From the IMG/VR virus record IMGVR_UViG_3300027736_001324, positions 1 to 64,000 of that record: DNA of 64,000 bases, one strand, 5' to 3'. Under the pieces are notes generated by a model. It worked only from the letters and a program-made list of their open reading frames with translations, did not search any database and had not been told where the DNA came from. Both the position numbers and the translations under genes were made by a program. Shown here one piece after another: positions 39,452-49,606 of this stretch; the first letter of the stretch is position 1; each line of letters opens with the position of its first letter.

Positions 39452-40363
39452 TTATTCTTCGTAAACTACCGAACTCATGCCAGCACCCAGACCTTGACGA
39501 GTCCAGCTTGGGTTAAGTCCATTAATCTCTAAGATATCATCACGTATATTTTGATTACGCTTTTCCGTATTTAATACACGACAGAAACTATTTGTTATAG
39601 CTGCGGTGTAATAAGCGAATGGGTTGGCTGATTTAGCTTCGTTGAAACGTAATCCAACGTAGGTAAGTTGCAGAATAGCGGAGTTCCGCATCTCATCGTT
39701 GTAAGTATACCCACGCCAATTGTATTTCATGGCATATTTTTCGCACATCATAATATACATACGGGCAAGTTTGTTTGTTACTTGTCCATGATCCTTACTG
39801 AATTCTCCAGAATTTAGATCACCTTTCCAATGACTTTTGCCCACGCAATAAAAAGTATTATTTTTATCAATCATATAATGTTGGAATGGGGGGAAGTTTA
39901 CTTTGACATGAACCATATCATCTACTTCAGCTTTGGTTGTCACATCCTCTAAGTCAGCAAAGATTTCATCTGGGTCAGCTTCTTCAAATTCAAAGATATC
40001 TTTTGCTGTTTTCTTTTTAACTGTTTTGCGGGGGACTTTTGGTGCTACTGGTACATGATCCCAATTCATTACTCTAAATATTAAATCTGTTACTGGGATA
40101 GATTCTGGGCTAACTGCGTCTTTTGAGCCTTGTTCCAAGCTAAGACGTAATGCTCTTGTTTCTTTAGCTTGTTGAATTGTTTCAGGTTTGAATGCGTATT
40201 CTAAACTTTCTTCAATAGAAGATTGGGGCATATCCACGATGAAATCATACCTATGATATTCGGGTTTAGCAAAATGACAGTATGCGTTTTTGCTTTCATG
40301 TATCTCTTTTAAGATATCTTTGTTATTTAAATAGTTGACAGGTTTTCTTGAGGGTAATGACAT
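39452..40363 (-). CDS. gp55: Late-transcription sigma factor, gp55-like
   Basis: YLNNKD, NWRGYTYNDEM, NPFAYYT...F motifs; 55-47-46 gene order. Confidence 0.85.
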   Translation of the reverse strand: MSLPSRKPVNYLNNKDILKEIHESKNAYCHFAKPEYHRYDFIVDMPQSSIEESLEYAFKPETIQQAKETRALRLSLEQGSKDAVSPESIPVTDLIFRVMNWDHVPVAPKVPRKTVKKKTAKDIFEFEEADPDEIFADLEDVTTKAEVDDMVHVKVNFPPFQHYMIDKNNTFYCVGKSHWKGDLNSGEFSKDHGQVTNKLARMYIMMCEKYAMKYNWRGYTYNDEMRNSAILQLTYVGLRFNEAKSANPFAYYTAAITNSFCRVLNTEKRNQNIRDDILEINGLNPSWTRQGLGAGMSSVVYEE

Positions 40364-40395
40364 AGGTCTCCTTGATTTATAGTTATGCTTGAGTG

Positions 40396-40424
40396 ATTAT
40401 AGCATAATGGTTGCGGAAAAGCAA
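40396..40424 (-). promoter_or_regulatory. Sigma70-type promoter for gp55
   Basis: TTGCTT-17 nt-TATAAT with extended -10 TG. Confidence 0.75.
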
Positions 40425-40460
40425 CAGATTTTTAGTAGAAAAGGTAAAAATAGCGCATTA

Positions 40461-40475
40461 TATTTATGCTAAATA
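40461..40475. promoter_or_regulatory. Back-to-back TAAATA late-promoter motifs
   Basis: TATTTA 40461-40466 (minus, facing gp55) and TAAATA 40470-40475 (plus, facing the baseplate genes). Confidence 0.6.
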
Positions 40476-40498
40476 GTGTATAAGGACAATAATAAATT

Positions 40499-42232
40499 AT
40501 GGCAACTTTATCGGCAACTGGCGATTCTTCAGCATTCCTGGCAGAACAATCTGCCAGATCGGCAGACTTGGAAACATCGATAAGAGTACTTAAGAAAGAT
40601 ATTGCTGAGATTGATGCTGAGAGAAACGCTGTCAACAAAGCACGGACAGCTGCCCGGGAAGCCGGCGATACTGTGGCTGTTGCTGCCCTTAAAGAAAAAA
40701 TTGATGCTTTAAATAGGGAGTGGTCAAAAGCTAGGACACAACTTTACGGCTATGAAGAAGAAAAATCAAATGTTGATGTTAACATATATAAAATACAAAA
40801 ACGTCAACAAGATTTAGCCGAACAGGATAAAGTTCCTATTCCTGTAAATACAGGAAGTAACCCCGGTGGTGTCCCAGCCGGCCCAACTTCTACTATAACT
40901 GAGGGAAACCGCAATGACCCGTTGCCGGTAACCAAAGCTAGTGATCCTAATCTAGCACAAAACGCCGCTACAACGAATGAAGCAGCACAAGACAAGAAAC
41001 TTCCAGTTGAACCTAATCTAGCACAAAACGCCGCTACAACGAATGAAGCAGCACAAGACAAGAAACTTCCAGTTGAACCTAATCTAGCACAAAACGCCGC
41101 TACAACGAATGAAGCAATACAAGATAAGAAACCAACTGAAATAGATGAACTATCAGCTTACCCACCAAACACAGTAGCACAACAATCTGCTGAAGCAGAC
41201 GAATTATCCGCATACCCACCTTACACTCAAGTTGGTAGAACATTGGGCGGCGCACATGTTGATAATGCTACTCCTGTCAAAATATCCGGAGACCCGCCAA
41301 TTGATCGTAAGATGGCTGATGCGGATTATACTAATAATTTAATTCCTACTTCAGGAGAACGTGGACCTAATGTTGGGTTTGGATCTAATAAAACAGCATT
41401 ACGCAATGCTCAAGCTGGACAGACAGAACAAACTGCACAAAAGTTTAAAGCACAAGAAGATTGGCGTGTGCGTTTAAGTTTAGCGCCTGGCGCCAATTAT
41501 TTATATAAAGTTGGTCAGGGTGCTGCCGGTATACTTAATCCATTACAAGCAACAGATGGGGTTATATTCCCGTATACCCCGGCAATATCAGTATCATATA
41601 ATGCTGGATATGATGCCACTGATGTAACACATAGCAATTATAAATTTTTCTCATATAAAAATAGTAATGTTGATAACGTCACTATAACTGCTGAGTTCAC
41701 CGCACAAGATACAGCAGAAGCACAATATTTGTTAGCGGTAATTCATTTCTTTAGATCAGTTACTAAAATGTTTTATGGTAAAGACCCAGGGCCAGGACCC
41801 GGTGTTCCCCCTCCATTGTGTTATTTGAATGGATTGGGTTCATTTCAATTTGATTGGCATCCATTAGTAATTAATAATTTCACTTACACCTTACCAACTG
41901 ATGTAGATTATATTCGTGCTATGGATACAGCAAGTAGACCGGGAGTTAATACAGGATCAGGTCAACCCAAAGGTAAACCGGGTGAAAATCCAGACGCACA
42001 ACGCATGGCGGGGGGAGGAATACAGACCGGCGCACTTGCTGCTGCACCTAAGTTTAAAAATGATTCAGGCAACAAAGATGCCGTAACTTATGTTCCCACA
42101 AAAATGTCAATAACGATACAAGCATATCCAATTGTATCTAGAAATGATGTAAGCAATAACTTTAGTTTGAAAGAATATGCAACTGGTAAGTTATTAAGAG
42201 GATCGCAACGACAATCAGGAGGATTTTGGTAA
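40499..42232 (+). CDS. Baseplate/tail-tube initiator-like protein (gp48/gp54-type C-terminal domain) with long N-terminal extension
   Basis: DWRVRLSL, GVIFPYTP, PPPLCYLNG motifs; lies just before the gp53-like gene. Confidence 0.6.
   Translation: MATLSATGDSSAFLAEQSARSADLETSIRVLKKDIAEIDAERNAVNKARTAAREAGDTVAVAALKEKIDALNREWSKARTQLYGYEEEKSNVDVNIYKIQKRQQDLAEQDKVPIPVNTGSNPGGVPAGPTSTITEGNRNDPLPVTKASDPNLAQNAATTNEAAQDKKLPVEPNLAQNAATTNEAAQDKKLPVEPNLAQNAATTNEAIQDKKPTEIDELSAYPPNTVAQQSAEADELSAYPPYTQVGRTLGGAHVDNATPVKISGDPPIDRKMADADYTNNLIPTSGERGPNVGFGSNKTALRNAQAGQTEQTAQKFKAQEDWRVRLSLAPGANYLYKVGQGAAGILNPLQATDGVIFPYTPAISVSYNAGYDATDVTHSNYKFFSYKNSNVDNVTITAEFTAQDTAEAQYLLAVIHFFRSVTKMFYGKDPGPGPGVPPPLCYLNGLGSFQFDWHPLVINNFTYTLPTDVDYIRAMDTASRPGVNTGSGQPKGKPGENPDAQRMAGGGIQTGALAAAPKFKNDSGNKDAVTYVPTKMSITIQAYPIVSRNDVSNNFSLKEYATGKLLRGSQRQSGGFW
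40946..41132 (+). repeat. 66-bp tandem repeat, about 2.8 copies (PNLAQNAATTNEAAQDKKLPVE)
   Basis: Units start at 40946, 41012 and 41078; the first two are identical. Confidence 0.95.
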
Positions 42233-42540
42233 TGGCAACAAGTATCTACCCAGCAACCAGTCCGTATTATAATACAGACATATACAATAGTAACTTTTTA
42301 GATGTAATGATAAATCGTACAATCCCAATGCAGCCGTCGGATATCTATTGGGAAATATCAACTGCATATGAATTTCGCCCTGACTTACTTGCATATGACT
42401 TGTATGCTGATAGTAGATTGTGGTGGGTATTTGCACAACGAAATCCAAATAGATTAAAAGATCCTTATTTTGATTTTGTAACAGGTGTGGGAATATATTT
42501 ACCTAAGTTAGATTTATTAAAACAAGTATTGGGTATATAA
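42232..42540 (+). CDS. gp53: Baseplate wedge protein, gp53-like (LysM-type)
   Basis: RPDLLAYDLY...LWWVFAQRN motif; TAATG overlap with the upstream gene. Confidence 0.8.
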   Translation: MATSIYPATSPYYNTDIYNSNFLDVMINRTIPMQPSDIYWEISTAYEFRPDLLAYDLYADSRLWWVFAQRNPNRLKDPYFDFVTGVGIYLPKLDLLKQVLGI

Positions 42541-42541
42541 G

Positions 42542-45500
42542 ATGGCATCTTTTGATGAACTTAAGTCTCAAATAGCAGCATTAAGCAGTAAAGTAACTGA
42601 AGTAGATGCACTAAAAGTGCCATTGGCAAATGAGATAGCTGCATTACAAAAAGAAGATCCATGCGGTCCCGGGTTCGCAGAAAAATTAGATGCGATAGAT
42701 GCACAAGCAGCAAAAGTTAATGCAATGGCTCAAACGGCTAACGAGGACACAAGAGTGCTGATTGCTAATTTTGAAGATTCTAAAGGATTTTTTGGTCTTA
42801 GTACAGCAAATACTGACACTATAAAATCTGAAATACAAACATTAATAACCCTTGTCAAAGACGGAAACGCTAGGATTAAAGAAATAACCGGCCCCGGCCC
42901 TGTCAGAAAAGAGATGCGTGATAAACTCAATGCATGTCCCGGCGCTAAACCATCAATTGATAGTGCTGAAGCCAAAGCACCAGCGACCGATGCGCCAGGT
43001 ATACAGAAAGAAGCAGCAACGACCAATGCTGAAGTAGTTGCCGGCGCTGCAAAAACTCCCGAACAAATTGCACAACAAAATAAGGCATATGTTGCCACCG
43101 GCGGTGCTGACGGTGATAAAAGTAATCCACCACAACCAAAACTCTACAATGATGTAACGGTGAAAGCAGACGGAAGCCAGGCATTAGCCGATGTAGAAGT
43201 TACTGGCAAAAAATTACCAGGCACCAAATCGGGTCCCAGAATACGTAAAAATCCTTTGGGTGATTTCAGCAGCTATACATATCAAATAACACTATATATG
43301 ATAACGCCAGATGCATATAATGCATTTGTTTTATCTGGTAAAAAAGATATAAATGCTTTTCAAAATGCATTGACTGCTGCAAACGTTAGTACTATTGACA
43401 ATAGTAATAGAGCCGGCGGTGCCGGTGGTGCCAGTGGTGGCGGCGGTGCATATGTAATTGCACAAAGCGGAGGAGTAGGCCCTGGCCAAAAACGAGCACC
43501 AACACTGGATTATGATTTTTATATAGATGATTTAAAAATTACACAAGCCATCAATGCAAAATCTACATTAACAAATACTAATACTACTACACTAAGTTTT
43601 ACTGTAACAGAACCATATGGATTTTCATTTTTAACAAGACTACAAGAAGCGGCAAAAGAATTAGCTACACTTTGTAAAATAAAAGGATATCCAGATTTAA
43701 AAAATCCATCAAAACAATTTTTTGTATTGGGGATTCAATTTTTAGGATATGATGTAAACGGCAACTTAATAAATTCAAAAGATATACCAGGAGCCGAAGG
43801 GGATACTACTGCTAACTCATTTGGTTTATATCAAAGATTTTATGATATTTATATTACTAAACTTAATTGGAAAATAGATGGCAGAAATGTAGTTTATTCT
43901 GTAGAAGCAGCTAATTTAGCTAATGCCCCGTTTAAAACTAAACGAGGACTAGTACCACACTCTCTCACTACTATAGGCAAAACTGTATATGATAATTTAA
44001 AAGGAGGACTACAGGTAGACAGTAATCAAAGTCAAGCTGAAGTTAATAGATTATCTAGATCATCAAATAAATCAGTACCTCCTGATTCAGGAAATAATAT
44101 AGGATTGATTACTGCCTTAAATAACTTTGAAAAAAACATGGTTGGAAATTCTATTGAAATAGCAAATGAATGGGATATAAAATTTATAGGTGACGCAGAA
44201 ACATATATTAAAGATGCATTAATGGTTACCCCAAATGATTTGAATAAACATAGATGGGGAAGAAATCCCGAAGTAACTACTACCAATAAATCACATGATG
44301 GTACTTCAACAAAAACTGGCCAAGCACCTGATCCTAATTCAAGAATGGTTCAGATTCAAAATGGTACCATGATTCTTCAAGCAATTAATTCTATCATTAC
44401 ACAAAGTACTTTTATGACAGAGGCTATGCAGGAAATGTATCAGGAAAATGCAGAACTTATAATAAAGCCAAATAAAAACGCTAAACTTCAACTTTGGTAT
44501 ATGGTTACCGCACAAATAGAAGTTTTGGGATGGGATAATAAAGTAGGAGACTTTGCACTAAAAACTACATATATAATTGAAACATATGATACCCCAATGG
44601 CGTTAAGTACCTCTATTGGCAGTACCACTCCATATTACGGACCACATAAACGATATGACTATTGGTTTACTGGAGAAAACAGTGAAATTGTAAAGTATGA
44701 ACAATCTTTGGATAATAATTATTTTCTTAACTCAATAACATCAAATGGATCCGCTGCTTCACAAGCGGGAAACGTTGACGTTGTTACCAAAGCAGGAAGA
44801 CCTACAAATGGAATCAAACAAGGCGCAGAAAATCAATCGCTAGAGGCGCAAAATAATTATATTACAAATTTAACTGATCCAGGATCATGGTCAGAAGTTA
44901 AACTATCAATTATAGGCGATCCGGATTATTTAATGCAAACTTCAACTTCAAGTATTTCTCAAGTATATAGCAAATTTAATGGCTCAGATGGCTTTACTAT
45001 AAATCCTAATGGTGGACAAGTATATATTGAAATAAATTTTAGAGAACCAAAAGATTATGATATTAATACTGGATTAATGAATATTAATAAAAGCATAATA
45101 TTTTGGAAATATCCTGATGATATAAAAGATAAGATTAAAGGAATTGCTTACATGCTTTATGAAGTAGTAAGTAGGTTTAGTAAAGGTAAATTTGAACAAG
45201 ATATGACAGGAACGATTGCCACATTTGATAGCGCAAAGCCAGTAAAGGCTTCAGAACAGGCTGCTAATCCAATGTCACGAGACCCTGCTCAACGAGCGGC
45301 CGCAGCCGCAGCTGCCGCAGGAGGAAATCAATCTCAGGTTGACACAAATAGATTAAATAGAAGTTCTAATGCAAGTGTTCCTACTATAGCAGATGGTACA
45401 GGTGTATCACCATTAACACCATCTACTTCATTGGCAGCAGCTTCTAACTTTTTAGACCCGGCACAAAGAGGAGAAATAGCATTACTTAACTCTAACGTAT

Positions 45501-45589
45501 TAAATCCAATGCAAAAAATTTCACAAAATCAAAATATAACAATCCCGACGTTAAATGGAAGAACACAGGATGATGATGCAGGACCTTAA
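42542..45589 (+). CDS. Large baseplate hub-like protein (gp27-type by position)
   Basis: Between gp53-like and gp5-like genes; IIGDPDYL and late V.S.F..GKFEQ hub-type motifs. Confidence 0.55.
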   Translation: MASFDELKSQIAALSSKVTEVDALKVPLANEIAALQKEDPCGPGFAEKLDAIDAQAAKVNAMAQTANEDTRVLIANFEDSKGFFGLSTANTDTIKSEIQTLITLVKDGNARIKEITGPGPVRKEMRDKLNACPGAKPSIDSAEAKAPATDAPGIQKEAATTNAEVVAGAAKTPEQIAQQNKAYVATGGADGDKSNPPQPKLYNDVTVKADGSQALADVEVTGKKLPGTKSGPRIRKNPLGDFSSYTYQITLYMITPDAYNAFVLSGKKDINAFQNALTAANVSTIDNSNRAGGAGGASGGGGAYVIAQSGGVGPGQKRAPTLDYDFYIDDLKITQAINAKSTLTNTNTTTLSFTVTEPYGFSFLTRLQEAAKELATLCKIKGYPDLKNPSKQFFVLGIQFLGYDVNGNLINSKDIPGAEGDTTANSFGLYQRFYDIYITKLNWKIDGRNVVYSVEAANLANAPFKTKRGLVPHSLTTIGKTVYDNLKGGLQVDSNQSQAEVNRLSRSSNKSVPPDSGNNIGLITALNNFEKNMVGNSIEIANEWDIKFIGDAETYIKDALMVTPNDLNKHRWGRNPEVTTTNKSHDGTSTKTGQAPDPNSRMVQIQNGTMILQAINSIITQSTFMTEAMQEMYQENAELIIKPNKNAKLQLWYMVTAQIEVLGWDNKVGDFALKTTYIIETYDTPMALSTSIGSTTPYYGPHKRYDYWFTGENSEIVKYEQSLDNNYFLNSITSNGSAASQAGNVDVVTKAGRPTNGIKQGAENQSLEAQNNYITNLTDPGSWSEVKLSIIGDPDYLMQTSTSSISQVYSKFNGSDGFTINPNGGQVYIEINFREPKDYDINTGLMNINKSIIFWKYPDDIKDKIKGIAYMLYEVVSRFSKGKFEQDMTGTIATFDSAKPVKASEQAANPMSRDPAQRAAAAAAAAGGNQSQVDTNRLNRSSNASVPTIADGTGVSPLTPSTSLAAASNFLDPAQRGEIALLNSNVLNPMQKISQNQNITIPTLNGRTQDDDAGP

Positions 45590-45612
45590 AGAATAATTAC
45601 TAATTTAAATAT

Positions 45613-48600
45613 ATGGCAACCGATAATTTTAAACCAACCGGGCAAGTAAAAAACTTTAAGAATGACTCTGGCGGCGGAGTTGTTCGTAATAGCCCCATCA
45701 TTGGTGTTGTAAAAAACAATATTGATCCTAACCGCAGCGGCAGAATTGATGTATATATTGCAGACTTTGGCGGACTTGATCCAAATGATAGCAAAAGCTG
45801 GACAACCGTAGGATACATGAGCCCGTTCTTAGGTAGCACTAGACCAAGCGGTCCCAATGGAGAAAAAGATTATGGAAGCTATACGCAGAACCCAAGTTCA
45901 TATGGCATGTGGTATAGTCCCCCTGATATCGGTAGTACTGTAGTTTGTATCTTTATCAATGGTGATATAAACTATGGATACTACATCGGTAGTATTATTA
46001 ATCCGGAATTGTTGCAAATGGTTCCTGCTATTGGAACCAACACACTATCTAGTCCAGTAATATTCAACGGAGGTGAAGCAACTAGTTATGGTGGAGCAAC
46101 ACAATTACCTGTAACCAACTTAAACACTAACAATAAATCAATTAGAGACAGTGCAGGCTTTTTAGATGCACCAAAACCAGTTCATAGCTACTCAGCTTCT
46201 ATATATTTTCAACAAGGTTTACTTAGAGACCCAGTAAGAGGCCCGGTGTCAAGTAGTGCATTACGTGAATCGCCTTCAAGGGTTGGATGGGGTGTCAGTA
46301 CACCCGGTAGACCTATATACCAAGGTGGATTTACTGATGATACAATTCTTAAACAATCGGGATCAAAAGACGCTGACGCTTTAAAAATTGTTGCACGTAG
46401 AGCCGGACATACATTAGTTATGGATGATGGTGATGTTGTTGGTAAAGATCAATTCATTAGACTTAGAACATCACTTGGGCATCAGATATTAATGAGTGAT
46501 GATGGGCAAACATTATTCATCATTCATAGTAATGGACAAAGTTATATTGAATTAGGTAAAGAGGGTACAATTGATATGTACTCTACTAACAGTGTAAACA
46601 TTAGAACACAGGGTGATTTAAATTTACATGCTGATAATAATATAAACATTAATGCTAAAAAAGATTTAAACATCGCTGCTGACAATATTAAAATAAATTC
46701 CACTAATAATTATGATGTAAGAGTTGGAAAAAATTATAGTGGTTACACAATGGGCAAGTATACTGTTAAAGTTAATGGATCAATGAGTATGGCTACTGCC
46801 GGCGAAGGATCTTATGCTGCCGGTCAACTAATGTATATTAATGGAGACAAGATTAATCTAAATACCGGAGCTACTTCAAATCCTCCTGCTGAAGTGCCAC
46901 TAATTCCTCAAGTTGCACATACAGATACACTGGGTGATAAGAGTAAGGGATATGCAGCAGCACCAGGATATTTATTATCTATTGTTAGTCGTGCTCCTGC
47001 ACATGCACCATGGGCAAGTGCTGGTCAAGGAGTAGATGTTAAAGTAACAACTAGTGCCAGCGCCGGGTTGCCAGCACCACCCACGCCGGCAACCGCAGCA
47101 GCAAATACAGCATCAGCATCAACTGCTCCTGCCAATCCAGCAAGTGCATCAACATTATCAACTGTACCGGGAACCGGCGCAGCAAGTAGCGCATTAACTT
47201 CGGGTGTAACCGCTGGATTAGTAGGTGCAGCAGCAAGTTCAGCAGCCGGCACCGCTGCCTCAGTAGTAGCAACAGGATCAGGTGTTATAAAAGATGCAAC
47301 AGGTAAGATTAATGCCGCAGTTGGATCATTAGCACAAACCCCTCAACAATTAGAAGCTGCCGGCGTAATTAAACCAGGAGCCGCAGCAGTAGTAACCGGA
47401 TTAGTTCAGAATGGTTCTAATGTAGTTGCTGCTATGACAAATAATTTGTTTACCGGGGCAGCCGGTGCAGAGACTCTTAACAAAATTTCTACTAATGTTG
47501 CTGCACAAGTTGATGTGGCTAAAGCTAATTTACAACAAGCACAAACTGCATTGACTAAGGTTGGTGCAATTACCGGCGGAGAATCAGCAGGTACTATAGC
47601 AGGAATGGTATCAGCAGCATCAGCAGTTGGAGTCGGTCCAACTGCCGACTTTGTTAAAAATGCAGCTAGTAGTGCAACAAGCGCGGTCACCAGTGCATTA
47701 GGAGACGTAACCAAACTTACATCAACTATAGGAAACGCAGTATCTAGTGCAATGGCTGGCGGAAATCTTGCAACTAATTTAGCAACAAATGTAACAGGCA
47801 AGTTAACTTCTATAACTGCTGGGGTAGAAGGTATGTTAGGTAAAGTAGGAGAAGGGGTAGCAAGTTTAGCTGACAAAGCCAAAGGAATATCAGGTGCAGC
47901 CTTTTCAGCAATTACAGGTTCATTCAAGAACTTTGCCCCGGGTATACCACAAAATTTAGCAGCTATCGCAGAAAAAAATGCAGCGGCATTGGCTGCCGGA
48001 GCGTCTGGGTTAGGTGGAATTGCTGACGCAGCTAAGGGTGTTACTAATTTAACTGGCTCAATTACTAGTGGCGGATCCTCTCTTTTATCCGGCATAGGTA
48101 GTGCAGTCGCCGGCGCTGCAGGATCAGCATTAAATGCTGTAACCGGTGCTGCAGGAATAGCAGGAAAACTAGTAGACGGTGCAACATCAACACTTGGCGG
48201 TCTAGCGTCCGGTGTAGCAGGTGGGGTTAGTAATATAGTATCGGGCGCAGCCAACGCTGTAACTAATGTAGCATCTGGAATAGCAAATGGAGCATCTTCT
48301 ATTGCTAGCAGCATAGCTAGCGGAGTAAGTAATTTGGCAGGCGGACAAAATGCAATAGCCGCAATAACAACTGCTGCTTCTTCTGCTAGTAATCTGCCTC
48401 CTGGTATAGCAGGCATTGGAAATATGGCAAAAACATTATCAACTGCTGCACAAAATGGTATGAACCCGGCAGCTGCATTAAACAGTACAATCACATCAGC
48501 AACCGCTGCTGCATCCGCAGCAGCAGGGGACTTATTAGGCAAGGTAGCCGGCGGTTCCGGAGCATTAGCCGGCGCCCTAGCAGCAGGAAAAGATAAACTA

Positions 48601-49077
48601 TCTTCTCTTGCTAGTGCAGGATTGCCACCGGGACTGGCAGCACAGTTAGCATCAAATATCAATTCACTTAACACAGCAGGTGCTGACCCAATAAAAATGC
48701 CAAGCATTGGGTTAGGTACAGTAGATAGAAGTGAGTTAGAGGCTTCAATTAAAGCAGGCTTGGGGGACAAAAAAATAGCATTACCAAACTTCTCGGGTGC
48801 TGTTTCTGCTGAAGCAACAGATGCTGTGAAAAAGCTAGCTGACCGTAAAGAAGGATTTAATAAATTAAAAGCAGAACTTGATATCCCGTTAACGGCTCAA
48901 CGTTCTATAACCGATGCTGCTCTTGCAAAGTATGAAGAGGCTAAAAAATCTTTACCTGAAGGTGATCCTGAAAGAGAAAGATTAAGAGTAGCTGCTATGG
49001 TTGAAGTAGACAAGGGCGGAGCAATAATGATGGCAAATCTAGAAAAATTGCGAGAATATACTACTTCTGCTGCATAA
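45613..49077 (+). CDS. Baseplate central spike gp5/VgrG-like protein with long Ala/Gly/Ser-rich C-terminal extension
   Basis: N-terminal GVVKNNIDP..SGRIDV, PDIGSTV; GHTLVMDD, GHQILMSD; beta-helix-like repeats. Confidence 0.8.
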   Translation: MATDNFKPTGQVKNFKNDSGGGVVRNSPIIGVVKNNIDPNRSGRIDVYIADFGGLDPNDSKSWTTVGYMSPFLGSTRPSGPNGEKDYGSYTQNPSSYGMWYSPPDIGSTVVCIFINGDINYGYYIGSIINPELLQMVPAIGTNTLSSPVIFNGGEATSYGGATQLPVTNLNTNNKSIRDSAGFLDAPKPVHSYSASIYFQQGLLRDPVRGPVSSSALRESPSRVGWGVSTPGRPIYQGGFTDDTILKQSGSKDADALKIVARRAGHTLVMDDGDVVGKDQFIRLRTSLGHQILMSDDGQTLFIIHSNGQSYIELGKEGTIDMYSTNSVNIRTQGDLNLHADNNININAKKDLNIAADNIKINSTNNYDVRVGKNYSGYTMGKYTVKVNGSMSMATAGEGSYAAGQLMYINGDKINLNTGATSNPPAEVPLIPQVAHTDTLGDKSKGYAAAPGYLLSIVSRAPAHAPWASAGQGVDVKVTTSASAGLPAPPTPATAAANTASASTAPANPASASTLSTVPGTGAASSALTSGVTAGLVGAAASSAAGTAASVVATGSGVIKDATGKINAAVGSLAQTPQQLEAAGVIKPGAAAVVTGLVQNGSNVVAAMTNNLFTGAAGAETLNKISTNVAAQVDVAKANLQQAQTALTKVGAITGGESAGTIAGMVSAASAVGVGPTADFVKNAASSATSAVTSALGDVTKLTSTIGNAVSSAMAGGNLATNLATNVTGKLTSITAGVEGMLGKVGEGVASLADKAKGISGAAFSAITGSFKNFAPGIPQNLAAIAEKNAAALAAGASGLGGIADAAKGVTNLTGSITSGGSSLLSGIGSAVAGAAGSALNAVTGAAGIAGKLVDGATSTLGGLASGVAGGVSNIVSGAANAVTNVASGIANGASSIASSIASGVSNLAGGQNAIAAITTAASSASNLPPGIAGIGNMAKTLSTAAQNGMNPAAALNSTITSATAAASAAAGDLLGKVAGGSGALAGALAAGKDKLSSLASAGLPPGLAAQLASNINSLNTAGADPIKMPSIGLGTVDRSELEASIKAGLGDKKIALPNFSGAVSAEATDAVKKLADRKEGFNKLKAELDIPLTAQRSITDAALAKYEEAKKSLPEGDPERERLRVAAMVEVDKGGAIMMANLEKLREYTTSAA

Positions 49078-49104
49078 GCTAATAAATACATTACAGGATA
49101 AAAT

Positions 49105-49554
49105 ATGCCAGCATACATAGGATATAGTTCAATAAACGGATCTCAACCAAGGTCTACTAACCTCCCGTTTGGTACCGCCGGCGGGGTAGGATCAATGGTT
49201 GCCCCCGTCATAGTTGGGAATAAGTTTCAATTAGTAGATACTCCACTAGTTGTACAAGATTTTATCAATGCATTAAACATACAAAAAGGTCAAAAAGTAG
49301 GTAATCCAGGATACGGAACTACTCTTTGGACGTTTGTTTTTGAACCAAATACACCAGACACTCAATTTCAACTTGAAAGCGAAATACGCAGAGTTGCTAG
49401 TCAAGATCCTAGAATGATATTAAATTCTGTATATTCTTATCCTCAAGAAAATGGAATTTTGATTGAATTAGAGATGGCTATCGCACCATTTAATAATGCA
49501 TTTGATTTGAATGTATTCTTTGATAATTCAACAAATCAAGCAGTTTTACAATAA
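49105..49554 (+). CDS. gp25: Baseplate wedge protein, gp25-like
   Basis: KGQKVGNPGYGTTLWTFVFEP...DPR motif. Confidence 0.85.
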   Translation: MPAYIGYSSINGSQPRSTNLPFGTAGGVGSMVAPVIVGNKFQLVDTPLVVQDFINALNIQKGQKVGNPGYGTTLWTFVFEPNTPDTQFQLESEIRRVASQDPRMILNSVYSYPQENGILIELEMAIAPFNNAFDLNVFFDNSTNQAVLQ

Positions 49555-49606
49555 CCCTAAAAAACCCTAGTTCTCAGGTATGATAAATACTTAAAAGAGA
49601 ATACTT

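Noticed and set aside
47406-48770. 454-aa minus-strand ORF
   Set aside because: Codon mirror of the Ala/Gly-rich spike extension; no independent motifs or expression signals.
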